Shown here piece after piece: positions 51,781 to 64,000 of a DNA stretch of 64,000 nt. This DNA is from Paraspadella gotoi (Eukaryota > Animalia > Chaetognatha): assembly GCA_051294375.1 (NCBI GenBank), contig JBJCIZ010000040.1, forward strand, positions 166,330 to 230,329, read 5' to 3'. The number at the start of each line of letters is the position of its first letter. The first letter of the stretch is position 1. Both the position numbers and the translations under genes were made by a program. Under the pieces are notes generated by a model, which made no database searches, was not told the origin of the DNA, and saw nothing but the letters and a program-made list of their open reading frames with translations.

Positions 51781-53394
51781 ATTTTTATCTGTGTACAGTG
51801 TACATTTTTATTGTAGATATATTTACCATTTTTATCATAGATGTTTTTACCATTTTTTATCGTGGATGCTTTTATCATTTTTTATTGTAGATGGTTTTAT
51901 CATTTCATATGTTTTGTAGTTCCCTATTTTTATAGCTAACGCCATCTTTTTACTATTCGCTTTTATTTATCAGGGAAACCCTGATAGCGGGGGTATTGAG
52001 AAAGCGATGCCCTTTTATTCTCGCATAATTATTTAGTTTCGTTTAGATTGATAGAATCATTTGTTTTCCATTAAATATCTTGCCGTGCTCCTCCCCGCGA
52101 TCAGCTGTTATGTAAGCTAACGAACGAGCGTGTTTCAGTTTAATCTTTCCAAGTCTTTTACTCTCAATTCAAACACGTGTAAAAATGAAAAGGAAAATAC
52201 TTTAAATAATGTTTTGTGACTTTACTGCCAATGTTTTATTCTCTATTCTGGAACCCAAATTAAAGTTTTAAACTGAAGCACTTCTTCTCCTTCTCCTACC
52301 ATCCATTCACCATTGCCTTGGTTCCTTGCTTATCTGTCTACTTACCATGAATATTTGTACCTGAGATTGGAAATTATGTTATCTCAAAATGTGGTTACTA
52401 TTTCTGCTTTATTACATGGTTCTAAGAATATAAGGTTATATTTAAGGAGTTTTACATGTTAGAACAGTTTGGTTTCCAAAGATATTTATTTGAGAGCAGT
52501 TGAACACGGATTTGAATTCAATAATTAATTAGGGCACAAATTAAGGCACTCTAGAAGAACAGAGATGAAACTTAGATTTGTTTTAATTGGGATAATCTCG
52601 GATTATCTAGGTCGCGCGTTAAGAAGTGCTTCAACTACCTTGGGCCAGACTCAGATAGAAGTTTTAAACTGAGTAAGGAGGATGGATTGATCCTCTAAGC
52701 TGGCAACAAAACTTTGAAAAAGTTGCTGAAAGCCAAGTTCTGGGAGTGTAGTGTTTGGGTGATTTTTTACATATATCTACTAATGATTCTTCTTTCTCCA
52801 ATGGAAACCAGATTGTGAATGTCGTTCATGGGATGGATTAAATCAAGATAAATTGCCTAAAGATTTAATAGTCTTCTTGTATGGCATTGTTACTGAGGAT
52901 AGGATAGAAACTAAAATATATATGCCAAAAATTTTTTTTTCGGGGTTTGTGTCCAACTCCTATTTAATTTCATTATCAAAATAAAATTGGGTAATAATAA
53001 CTAATTTCTTTTATTAATTTTTGACATTAGCTCATTAATTTTTTTATAGTTCTTTACCATTTCATTTAAGTAAACAGACAGGGATTTCAATATGAAACCA
53101 AAGTGGAATTTTATTCTCAGAAAATAGACATGAAGACGGTGTCAATTTTCAGACAGAGTGAATCAAAGCAGAAACAGAGGCTATTTATAAAGGGTAAGTA
53201 GACGAAGCCAGATTCCTCTTCCGGAATCCTCTTCCTCTTCTGGAACCTTCTTTTCCTCTTCCGGAAACTATTGTTCCTTTTCTGGATTTGGCTTCCAAAA
53301 TCCCATTGAAATCATTCCAGAATCTTCTTCCTCTTCCGGAATCCTCTTCCTTAATCCTTTCCTCTGTTTCCGGGTTTCATTCCTCTGTGATGCG

Positions 53395-53407
53395 TCCCCC
53401 CCTCTTC
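53395..53407 (-). promoter_or_regulatory. Polypurine tract of element 2
   Basis: GAAGAGGGGGGGA, 2 nt before the 3' LTR. Confidence 0.85.
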
Positions 53408-53740
53408 AGGCGACGGCGTACGTGGTCAGTCGGGAGCTGGAGCGAATCCTTGAGACCGTGATGAGGGGATGAGATTGGCCGCGCCTGTTGGCCTGGTCCA
53501 CTTTGGTACAATGTATATTCCCGAAGGGGAAAGAAGAATTGTGTGACGTCGTTTTCCTTTCTTCTCTCCTTGTAGTTGTTATTATTCTCGGGTGAGGGAG
53601 TTTTATTTTTATGAGTTATGAATTTTGAGTTTGAATTAAATCTTGAATTTTTAGTTTATTTTGTTTACGTCTAGTAATTGACTTTTACGGCTACAAAAGG
53701 TATGTCTGGTATTGTATGGTTTGGTTTGGAGACAAGCGTT

Positions 53741-56700
53741 TCACCTCGTTGGCCTCTCCTCGTGCTTCTTAAGCCGGCGTCTGTGGTATCTGAGGTTTTG
53801 GCCAGCAATCGAGAGGACATAGTGGTTTCCTTCTTTGCTTACTACTTTGTGGGGTCCTGAATAAATCCTCTTTACTTTGTTCTCGGTTGTGGCCGTTCCA
53901 GTCATGATTAAGTCGCGTCTTGCCAGGACTAGATCTCCGACCTTAATTTCTTCTGGCTGTCTGTACGGGTTTCTCCTTGCCGATTGCCTGTACAGTTTGG
54001 TTCTTTGGTCAGCCAGTCTTGCTTGGGCTTTTTCTTGCTTGTCTGCTCTGTGTCTTATAAAGTCGATGAGATTTCTTTTTGTGAAATCATCCGCACTTTC
54101 AACTATTCTTGGTCTATGGCCAAATTGTATTTCGTGGGGAGACATGTCTGTCTTCCATCCAATGATGGGAGTGGCGTTCAGGAGGAGCATTAGGTGGGGA
54201 AGCTGTTCCAGCCACTTTCTTGGTTGGTCCTCCACTGCTTTGCGAAGGGCCTGGCGGATTCTGCCGATATCTCTTTCAGCCCTGTTGCTATCCTTCCTAC
54301 CCACGAGGACGCGCCTGCCCACCGTGTCAAGCAGGTTCAGAATGGACTTCATGGCTGTGCCATTCAGTTGCATTGCGCCATCAAAATTAACTTCCATATA
54401 TGATCCATGTTGGAGGAAGATCTTCTCGTCGAGGGCTTTGACTATTGTTGTGGCGTCCGCCTTGCGCATGGGTATGGCCCAAGTATATGCAGATGCATTG
54501 TCTGAAGCAACAAGGACGTAGTTATATCCAGCGACTTGAGGAAGATGCATCACATCAATGCTGAGCGATTCCCACGGCGTGATGGCTAGGTTGGGTGCTG
54601 AGGGTGTCTCATTGTTTCTTTGCGCATCCGTTGATTTTGCACAGTTTTCACAATCTCGGACACACTTGGCCGCGGCTGTCGTTAACCCTGGAGCAGAGAT
54701 GTATTGAGCCGTGATGAAGGCCGTGCGGTCCCTGCCTGGGTGTCCAAAGCGAGTGTGGAGCTGCTTTGTGATTTCCTCTGCTCTGCTGGGTGGCACAACA
54801 AATTTTGTTGTCGGATTGTCAGCCTTGTATCCTCTGATGATGAGGATCCCGTTGTTGGTGATGTCAAGATCGTCCAGGCAGTTTGAGAGGTACTTTTGGT
54901 GACTGTTTTCCGCTTTTGCATTTTCTCATTCAGTTTCATTCTCGCCTCCTCACGGTCGCCCCTTTGAAGTGCATCTACCACAAGTCTGAAGGAGTCCTCC
55001 TCTTCCTGCCATCTTTTAACATCCATGGTGATGGGGATGAGGCCCTCTTCCCTGGTGTGTGGCGCCATAGTCTCCTCAGCGACCTCTGATTCGGTAGCAT
55101 CGATGTCAGCCTCTAGTGAGCTGTCAACCATGATTTCTCTTTCAGCCCCTGGCCATCTGGTCCCGATAGCTTCTAATGCTGGAGAGGCTCCAGAAGCAGC
55201 TGATGCGTTTTGGGTGGTGGTTGTCTCCCCGACCTGTATGTTGACAAGGTCATCTGGGAGGGTGTCAACATGATGCATGTTGACATCAAGGCATCTGGGC
55301 CTGCCTCGACGTTCTGGTTGCCTGAGAGCTCCCACTTGGATGGTCTGGATGGGTCCATGATTCATCGGACGCAGGGGTGGCTGGGGCTCTTCATTGCTGA
55401 CCAGGCTGACCTGACCGGTGATTGTCCTGAAGATCTTGAGTCGCCTACCACCAACTTGTGGCCCATATGTCCTTTCGTATTTGCAGCCAGTTTCCCTGGC
55501 AGAATCTTCGTCCATCATTATCAGGGTCACCCCGGTCATCTCACTAAGCATTTCCAGTTCTGGGTGGCCAAGGCTCCAATCCTTTGCGGATATCGTCCTA
55601 ATAAAAGTGTCCACATCCTTTGTCTTAGGTTTGCCATATAACCTTTCCATGTTTGTTTTTCTTCTGCACAAATTTTTGGCGCACAAATTCAAAAAACTTT
55701 GCCCTGAAGGTTTTTGTGTCTTCTCCAAGTACTTGCGCTACTAGCGCTAGAGTCGGGGCATGGCCTGTGATTAGATCCAGGTGCTCGGCACACATGGTCT
55801 TCTATGGGGTTTTCAGCAAAGCCGGGCTCATACTCGCCGCTGACGTCAAACCCGGCAGGGAAGAAAGGAGTATCTAATGGTGTGACCTGTCCCTGGTCAG
55901 TGAATCTTGTTAAGAAATCGGCGGGATTGTCCTCGCTTTGACAAGGATGACCTCCTTTGGTTGGCACTCTTGTCGAATTTCAGTTATCCATCTCAAGACG
56001 TTTGTTGGAGCAGCTGCTGTCTGTCATGCTGTAGGTCCATTACTCTTTTAAAATATTGCGAGTCAGTGACAAGGGTGACGCTCCTCCCACATGTGTAGCC
56101 TTTGAATTTTCTGACCATCATGTTGAAGGCGAGAGTCTCCAGGATGTTGATGTGTTTGATCCTGTATTCTTCAGGGAATGATTTAGAGTGGAAGGACAGT
56201 GGATATTCAATTCCATCAGCAGTGGCTGTGATCAACCCACCCATGGCGCTTGTACTGGCATCTGCATAGATCCTGTAAGCTCCATGTTTGATCCTGGCAT
56301 CGGTGAGAAAGTTCAGACCTGGGGAGGACCTTATCTCTTCTACAAGCAGTTTCAGCATCCCGATGTGTTTGTCTGTGAGCTTGAAGTCCTTTTATTCCAG
56401 TAAGGTTAGGGCGTGAAGGGGTTGGGCGATATATGAGAATCGGTGTGTGAAGCATCTGTAATAATTTAAGATGCAAGCATCGCCCTGAGCTCCTTTTGGG
56501 TTTTAGTGACTTCAGTTTGACCTCGACTGCTTCGATTTCTCCTTCTGTGCATGAGCTTGCTCTTGGAGATGCTGAAGCCAAGGATTTTTATGTCCTCCTT
56601 CCTCAGCAGCACACTTTTAGTCCATTTGAGGACGACATTCTCATCCCGGCATTTTTGGAGGAGGTCGCGCAGCCTTTCAGCCATATCCTCCGGCGACTTG

Positions 56701-58400
56701 GCCGTGCAGGATGAGGTCATCAACATATACTTAGAAGCTCTTCACATCTTTTCCCAGGTCCTTGAATATCTCGTCCAAGATCGCCTGAAGAACATTAACA
56801 CTGTTGACTCCTCCCATTGGCAGCTTATTCATCCACCAGTTGTGACCAGCACCAGCAAAGGTTGTGACAGGCTTGCAGCGGTCTGTCAAGTTCACCTGGT
56901 GGAAGCATGCCAGGATATCTACCGAGCATTGAAAGTTCGTGCGGTTTGTATTGTTCCAGTATTGAAGCAATGGTCTGGGGGCCTCTGTTGCATATGTGGA
57001 AATGTTATTATTGACGGCAGATAGGTCACAGATGAGGCGCCATTGTTTTGCAAATGTTTCGTCGCTCATCTCATCCTGTCCTTCGGCAATGTGTCCTGGC
57101 TTTTTTATTAAGAAGGCATTTGAGTAGGCCTCATTTCTTGTCCGGGACACGATGCCAGCCTTTTCATACACTTCCAGGTATCTCTTTAGTGCCGCCTTCT
57201 TCACTGGTCCTTGATTTGTGAATCTTGGTTTTGGGAGATCCTCCTGTGTGTAGCCGAGATCAACTTTATAGTTGAGGAAACCTTCTTTGCAATCATTGAT
57301 AGTTTCCCCAAAGACGTCCCTGTATTCCCAAACAATCTCCCAGACGAGGTGGGCTTTCTCCCGCAGGCTAGGGTCCACATCCTTGAATGGTTTGAGGAAG
57401 GCCTCTTTGCCACGCTTGTCACTGTTTTTGCCGCCTCCTCTCTCGGGCATCCTCAACAGCTTTGATTTCCTCCTTGCTTGGTTGATGGTGACAATCGTTG
57501 TGGCTGGATATGATCTTTTCGAATCCTGAGTTGAGGTTTGCTTCCTGACAAATCTGCCTGTACAGGTTCTGCTGTGTTGTTGGTTTCCAGTTGCAGGTCG
57601 GCCTTTGCTTCATTGGTGATAAGCGGGCGGGCGATTCCCCAGGGTCCTGGGTTTGCATCAATTTCCACACCTTCCTTCAACTGGTCGCCATCAGCAATGT
57701 ACATTTTATCGCCGTCCTGGGATTGAACGATCCATCTTACCCCTGAGAGCGTCTTCCAGTAGGCTCTTCCTGCTGTCAGCTGGGTGTTGCCAGTGCAGTC
57801 TCGCTCGACATGCACTGGTAGGGTTGTTTGCTCATCAACATTTCCCCGTGCGAGCCACCTGGCTGCCTTTAGCGCTTCATACTTGTCCCTGAACAAATAT
57901 ACTTGTCCACTTGAACAACATGCCGCTGTGACTTTAGGACTTATTGTCCATGGAGCGACATGTTAGTGTCTCCTTCTGATTGGCGCGCAGCAGATTGAAC
58001 CTTACACACTAGTAAATTCGGTCAGCGCGGACCAGGTCGTAGTGCACGGCCTGTCCCGGACATTATTATGTCGCGGATCGTTCTCATCCTGGCCGAGAAC
58101 ATAAACAATACTGCTTGAAGACGGACCCAATTGATTTTGAAAACATAATCGCAAGGTTGATCCTCCTCGGTCAGCGTAGCGGGATCGTTCGTAGTGCCAA
58201 GCTGGCTGCTTGAGAGGCGTAAAAGGCTCAGTTCCATGGTTAGAATCTTAGCTTCGACGAGGCCCCCCACTTTTCAAGAAACCTTTTCTGTAAAACCGGG
58301 GACCGTGTTTACAGATGCACCTGCCTGTCATACAGGCAACTAGCACGGTGCTCGCCCCGAGCACTGCCTGCCTAGGTACTGGTACTTCTCTTTGCCTCTG
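53741..58400 (-). pseudogene. pol: pol of element 2 (many frameshifts): PR, RT, RH, OTU-like insert, IN
   Basis: YD-GASVNT at ~58330; WRLICDL; VYVDDLIL at ~56712-56731; YADAS, NILETLA, VTDS, NPADFLTR; IN HTRFGH..CENC, SIDV, NFDG, NRAERD, YSGPHKV. Confidence 0.92.
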
Positions 58401-58699
58401 TTATGACAGGCCAAGTTCCAGCGTATGTCGTCTCTGTCGGTTCCCACGCGTCCTTGGTCCCCTTGCTATCTAGCACTGGTCCAGTCCTTTCTATGCCAGC
58501 GCAGCATCATCCCACCTCATCCTTACGGTTGTTTTCAGTTTTGAGGAAGGAAAGCAACGCGAATGTTTGCTGGTTTCGCCGCTAGGCCATTTCCCATCAT
58601 CACAACACGCCTGATGGCTTGCCTGCGGTATGGATGCCGACTTCTCCATCTGACATCGCGCCCACGCCTACTATGCAGGTTAAGTTGCGGTTATTCATT

Positions 58700-60765
58700 A
58701 CTGCCAGTCGGTTGAAGCTTTCTGAGTCCCAGTCTTTCTCCCGTTTTATCGGGTTTGGTCGGTTTTCTGGGTTTTCTCAGGATTAGGACGACATTAGTGG
58801 CATTCGGCGGCAGTGATGGAGCGTGGTGATAGCATAGGCTGCGTGGTGAGGATACTGCAGCAGGAAGAGGTCGGCGGGTGCCCGTGGTGCAGATCAGGAA
58901 CGGCCTTGTCACTCAATATCTTGAGCCTCTCTTTGTGCCCTCCTTGCCCAATTTTGGCACAAGCTTCTCGACCTTGTGCATGATGGCCCGGTCTCTCAGC
59001 AATTGTCGCCTTGTTTCCAGCCCTTTCCATCCCAGTTTATGGAGATGCTTGTTGGCTGAGGGCAAGCTCCTTTTGCTTTCAGCGGGCTGCTTAAACAGTT
59101 TGTACATACGCGACGAGAAGCGCTGACTTTCCTTTAAGCCTGTTTGCCGCTTTCAGCAAGGTCTTAATCCTGGCTATTGAATCATGGCTTACACTTTGTC
59201 GGTCCTTATCTCCCATGACTCTTTTGCAACTGTTTTTGTAAACTTCTTCAGCTGTTTTGGTGATTGTTTGAAAACACAGTTGTCTTTATTTTTAGTTGGA
59301 TATGGGGATTGGTGAGCGTCCTTGTTCAACTCTAGGTAGTTTGGTCCACAATATCACGCTCTGTATCCAACAGGTGGTGGCGCCGGGGCCTTTCTTTTCT
59401 CCAGATTGCCCTTTCCTGGCTTTCCACATCCACGATTTTGTTCGTGTTTCTCTTTTATTACTAATTGAGATCCAGCTGTCGGTAGTCTTGGAGGTTGCTG
59501 AGGTTGCCAGAGCGGTTTGATTTTTCAAGCCCCTCTTTCAGTTCTTTCATTGCTTTTATGCTTCATTGGTTTGAGCTGCCTGGAGCATGGTGCTTTGTTG
59601 TATGGTCCAAAGTGCTTGCTTCTTGAATCCTGGTCCCGCTTAATAGTATGATTGCGTAGCTTCTTTGTTGATCCTCTAATGTTGACTTAATGATTTTTCG
59701 CGTTGGATGTTCTAGGGTTCTTTTTGACCAGTATAGCCCCGCAACTTATATTCAATTACCCTTGCCAAGACAGGTCGCCGCGGTTTCTCCTCTCTCAAGC
59801 ATCTGCGGTCCATTCCAGAGTTTTTCGACAGTGCATGCCTGGACATATGGGCTCAGAGCCTCCAACAAGCTATTTGGGCCGACAAAGTCTGGATGGAGGC
59901 TCTGTCCTTCTCCCTTACAGTTTCGAAGTTCTCCTTTGCTTCGTTGACAAGGGCAAGTGCCCATATTTGGCATGTACTTTGTGGATTAACTTCAATTTTG
60001 GCATTTCAGCAAGATGCTTCTGTGGATGCTCACTGATGATTTCTGTTGCAGAGTGCCACAAAGTCCTAGCCACATATGATTTGGTCGATAGGTTCTATGA
60101 ACTGGCTGGCAATCTTGTTCTCGCGCCAGTTAGGGCTTCGTAATTGCTGGTTCGATTTGTCTTGGGCTGAGGCAGATCCTTAAAAGCCTCATAGAAGCTG
60201 CGCTAGAAATGTCTTGTGTTGTTGATATCCGTCTAGCCCATCCTCTCAAGCACTGAATGGGAATGATTCGACTAGAGTAGTTAGGATGGGTGTGGTCCAT
60301 CTCCATCTTGCCAAGAGGTTGTCCCACAAAGGCATCATGGGGTTGATCTTGCAGTCCAGTAGCACGGAGTTGTCCAGCCTCTATGGTGTTGGGGTCTTGG
60401 TTGTTGCGCCAAGATATCATGGTCTTCATCATGTCTTTGAGTTTATCCAGTTTTGAGCCAAGGCCTGCTTCACTGTCTTTGACTCTTTGGCTCAAGTTAT
60501 CAAGATTTTGTTGTGTCTGCTGGTTGACGTCATTGACGATCTTTAAGATTTGGCGGGTGATTTCCGCCTGGTCATTGTCCAATTGGCAGTGATCCCTTAG
60601 AGCTCCATCCAGCTTGAATGTTTTGAACTCCACTTTGTCCCGGGCACTGCTACCGTCTTCTGTGCTTGCGGCGTCAGTTGATTGTGCCGCAGCCCCTTTT
60701 TTCCACTGGAAAAGGTTCCATCCTGACTTGGCTGGAGGAATGGCGGGGGCAGAGGTGTTGTCCAT
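58700..60765 (-). pseudogene. gag: gag region of element 2 (heavily frameshifted)
   Basis: ATG 64 nt after the PBS, with an N-terminal coiled coil. Assigned by position between PBS and protease; the 3' limit is uncertain. Confidence 0.55.
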
Positions 60766-60829
60766 TTTCTTTAGGGGTTGTGTGGTCGAGGTAAAGCTTG
60801 ATTCTTCTTGGAGACGTGGTGAGTCGAGT

Positions 60830-60844
60830 CCACTCCTGTCACCA
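60830..60844 (-). promoter_or_regulatory. Primer binding site, tRNA-Leu-like
   Basis: TGGTGACAGGAGTGG immediately after the 5' LTR. Confidence 0.8.
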
Positions 60845-61202
60845 CATTTAAGTAAACAGACAGGGATTTATATGAAACCAAAGTGGAATTTTATTCTCAG
60901 AAAATAGACATGAAGACGGTGTCAATTTTCAGACAGAGTGAATCAAAGCAGAAACAGAGGCTATTTATAAAGGGTAAGTAGACAAGCCAGATTCCTCTTC
61001 CGGAATCCTCCTCTTCCTCTTCTGGAACCTTCTTTTCCTCTTCCGAAACTATTGTTCCTTTTCTGGATTTGGCTTCCAAAATCCCATTAGAAATCATTCC
61101 AGAATCTTCTTCCTCTTCCGGAATCCTCTTCCTTAATCCTTTCCTTGTTTCCGGGTTTCATTCCTCTGTGATGATTTTATTTAGACTTTTAAAAATTTAC
61201 CT

Positions 61203-62010
61203 TTTTAGTTGGATCTGCTTTCAGCAGATCCCGACTCTATAATTCACTTTGTCGTCCATCGGTCCGCCCCCTCAATCTTGTCGGGCATTCACTTACATCA
61301 TGTCAGAACATCGAATTATGATAATTTATGCAAAAAAATTATGTCCGTCTGTCTGTCCGTCCATCCGTCCGTCCGTCCATCCGTCCATCCCACCTTAGCA
61401 AAAAGCTCCAATAACTCGTGATTGGGTGGTTGGATCGGAATTAAATTTTGTGTATGGGTAGGAAAGTGTGTGACGAAGCTGGATATAAAGTTTCGATGGA
61501 ATCGTGCGAGTGGAAATGAGTTTAAATGGAAAAAACATAAGTCGCATTTACGAAAATCTTTTTACTTATTTGAACCAATAATTACCAATAATTACCAATA
61601 ATTGGATTAATAGATTGAGATAAAATTTTGTGTGCAGGTAGGAAAGTGTGTGAAGAAGCTAGATATAAAGTTTTGACGGAATTGTGCCAGTGGAAATGAC
61701 TTTAAATGAAAAAACATAAGTCACATTTACTTGAATCTTTATTATTTATGCAAGTTGAAAAAATGATGCAAATTTAAAAAAATGATGCAAGTTAAAAAAA
61801 GATGAAAGTAAAAAAATTATGCAGTTGAAAAATGATGCGAATTGTAAAAATGATGCAAATTGAAAAAATGATGTGAGTTGAAAAAATGATGCGAGTTAAA
61901 AAATGATGTGAGTTGAAAATTTTTTTAAAAAATATTGTGATTTATCATCTGATTAGCTGACTACCGCTTAATTATCATAGGTAGATCCGACATTGTTTGC
62001 TCAAACTTGT
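61203..62010 (+). mobile_element. DINE-1-like Helentron-associated element, apparently complete
   Basis: T-rich start, palindrome GGATCTGCT..AGCAGATCC, (CCGT/CCAT)n, and 3' subterminal GTAGATCCGAC..AAACTTGTT in a T-run. Further pieces at ~17315-17500, 26300-26430, 37200-38900 and 46090. Confidence 0.72.
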
Positions 62011-62046
62011 TTTTCTTCAATCAACTACACATTTTTTTCAAAAAAT

Positions 62047-62750
62047 TAGGACTAAGCTCTGACTAAAAAAGCCAGATGTTTTTTTAATATATTCTTATAC
62101 CGACCAATGTAGAATGATGGCAATATTGCAATTGTTAAGTTTCAAAAAAATCCGACAATAAATATAAAAAATATTAACCAAAATCTTTAGAAAATCCACC
62201 CCTTATTTGGAAGATTTTTGCCATAGAAGATTTTTCCTGAATCTGACTCTTGGTTAAAAACTCTTAGAATTCCGATCATTAGCTCCTCTTTTACTTTAAA
62301 TAAAAATTTCACCAAAATGGACTAATCCACTTTAGCATGATTGTATCATATTAAAATAGCCAAATAAAATGTAGAGAAAAATTTTGAGAGCCCTTAAGAC
62401 ATATGGCTATCGGATTCTTAAATTTGAAGCTTATTGTAAAATCACAACTTACCTTAAATGCATTTATATTGTATTGAAGTTAAGAAATCCTTTTATTTTA
62501 TATATAAAAATTGCATCAAAAATGTTTTCTTAAGCGGACCAGTCCATTTGAATCTGATGGTTTGATGTCAAAATGATGGTTTTTTGACAAGGGGAAAAAA
62601 ATGCGAGCCCTTCAGATGCAACAGGATCAGAATCAATTGTTTTTACATATATTTTTTACCTGAATTTTTCCCAGGGGCGTTTACATTGTTTGGTAGTCAG
62701 ATTTGAACAAAAATCTCCATTGAAAAAATCTTCCTTGATTTTTAAGAACT
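62047..62750 (+). repeat. Unclassified ~700-bp interspersed repeat, copy 2
   Basis: Colinear with 27780-28490. Confidence 0.8.
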
Positions 62751-62997
62751 ACCTATCAAAATATTATTATTTCCAAAGTTTTTTTGGGAAATTTTTAACA
62801 CGGAGCACACGACCAAGAAAAAGATATATCAATAAAACATCACCTTTTTTTTGCTAATTTTGCTGTTTATTCCAAATATTTAAAATGAGAGGGAGCAACA
62901 GTGAGGCAATAACAGAAAATAAACAGCATTTAATTTTTTTAAAAAACCTTTGTAAATGTTGCATCTAGTTTTATTTTGTACTGCTTATATTACAAAA

Positions 62998-64000
62998 ATG
63001 AAGTCAGTTGACTTAATTTGTATTTTGATCTTGTCTTTGCAAATTTGCAATTCATTGCCAATACAAAACCTCAAGTATGTAAGCTTTAAATTTTATCAAT
63101 TTTTCTTCATTATTTTGTCATATATAAAAGTTCTTTTAACAAGACAGTTCCCTTTTTAAAAGATGTTAATGGAATTGTATTGAACTAAGTTCAGAAAGTG
63201 GTTTCATTGACTTGCTAACTTTTCCGGGCAAACTCTATGCCAAATAAAGCATTAGTATTTGTGGCAAAATGGCGCAGAGGAGACGATGGCGCCGGTCAAA
63301 GACGCTCAGTAGTTGAGGACGACAAAGTCTTGGCCAAAAGGCAAAGCCCAGGACTTGTAAGTGTAAGTTGTAAGTCTGAAGTAAGGTTAGAAGTCCTGGG
63401 CAAAAGATAACAAAACATTTAATACAAACACAGCAAATATATATATAAAATTTAAAGAGATTTTCTTACTTGTTTCTGAAGCCATTATTGTACAAAAAGG
63501 TTGCTTCTCTCACAGAAAAGTCCAGCATCGGGAGAAAAAGAGAAGTTTGGATTTCATCGAAATATAGAAGATCGTTATCAGGAATTAAAAGTAAAATGTT
63601 ATTTGAGATTAAAGACGAAGTCTTTTTACTTCAACGATTTTTATTTTTAATGGTACAATGTTTAACAATTGAAGAAAGTTTAAAAAATGTTTTTTAATCC
63701 ATCCATGCATTTAAAATATAACCTTTGAAAATAATCTATAATTAAAGTCATGTGCATCAAATTTTGAATGAAATTATTATGGTTACAAGTAGTGACAGGG
63801 GTTGTATGTTAATACAATGATAATGTTTCTGATCATTACCCAGTATCATTAGACATATTTGTAAAGCTTAAAAGCAATAAGGTTAGTCATTTAAGCAAAG
63901 CTCCATTTGTTAACTAGAAAAAACTTAAATTAGAAGATTTAGAATTATATGAAACAACATTATCTTTAGAATTAGACAAAATTACAGTTCTTGTTGATTC
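62998..64000 (+). pseudogene. Possible degenerate host gene for a secreted/receptor protein (signal peptide, CUB-like start, LRR-like end)
   Basis: MKSVDLICILILSLQICNS, then a GTATGT donor and an AAAG acceptor at ~63162. IELSSESGFIDLLTFPGKLY and LKSNKVSHLSKAPFVN follow, with stops. Weak. Confidence 0.25.

Larger units (their letters stand above)
53063..61173 (-). mobile_element. Full-length Ty3/Gypsy LTR retrotransposon (element 2)
   Basis: LTRs 53063-53392 and 60845-61173 are near identical. TSD ATTT on both sides. PBS, PPT and gag-PR-RT-RH-IN are on the minus strand. Confidence 0.95.

Overview
AT-rich eukaryotic (probably invertebrate animal) DNA made almost entirely of stacked transposable elements. 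It has several N-gaps and error-rich gap-fill segments, and no confidently intact host gene. Main contents: (1) a large Ty3/Gypsy-type element (+, ~5.5-16.8 kb) with gag, pol (PR-RT-RH-IN) and a third, intact 351-aa membrane-protein ORF that resembles a shortened chuvirus-type glycoprotein; (2) a full-length Ty3/Gypsy element (-, 53063-61173) with CA...TG LTR termini, a 4-bp TSD and an OTU-protease-like insert between RNase H and integrase; (3) a 2.7-kb gag-only Bel/Pao-type LTR element (40099-42776, noisy second copy at 34305-36904) whose PBS position is not tRNA-like but is perfectly complementary to 12 nt in its own LTR, suggesting Tf1-like self-priming; (4) several Penelope-like elements with minimal hammerhead ribozymes and inverted pLTRs; (5) Bel/Pao and Mag-type Gypsy fragments, DINE-1-like Helentron-associated repeats and minisatellites. 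Family assignments come from motif recognition by eye, not from database searches.
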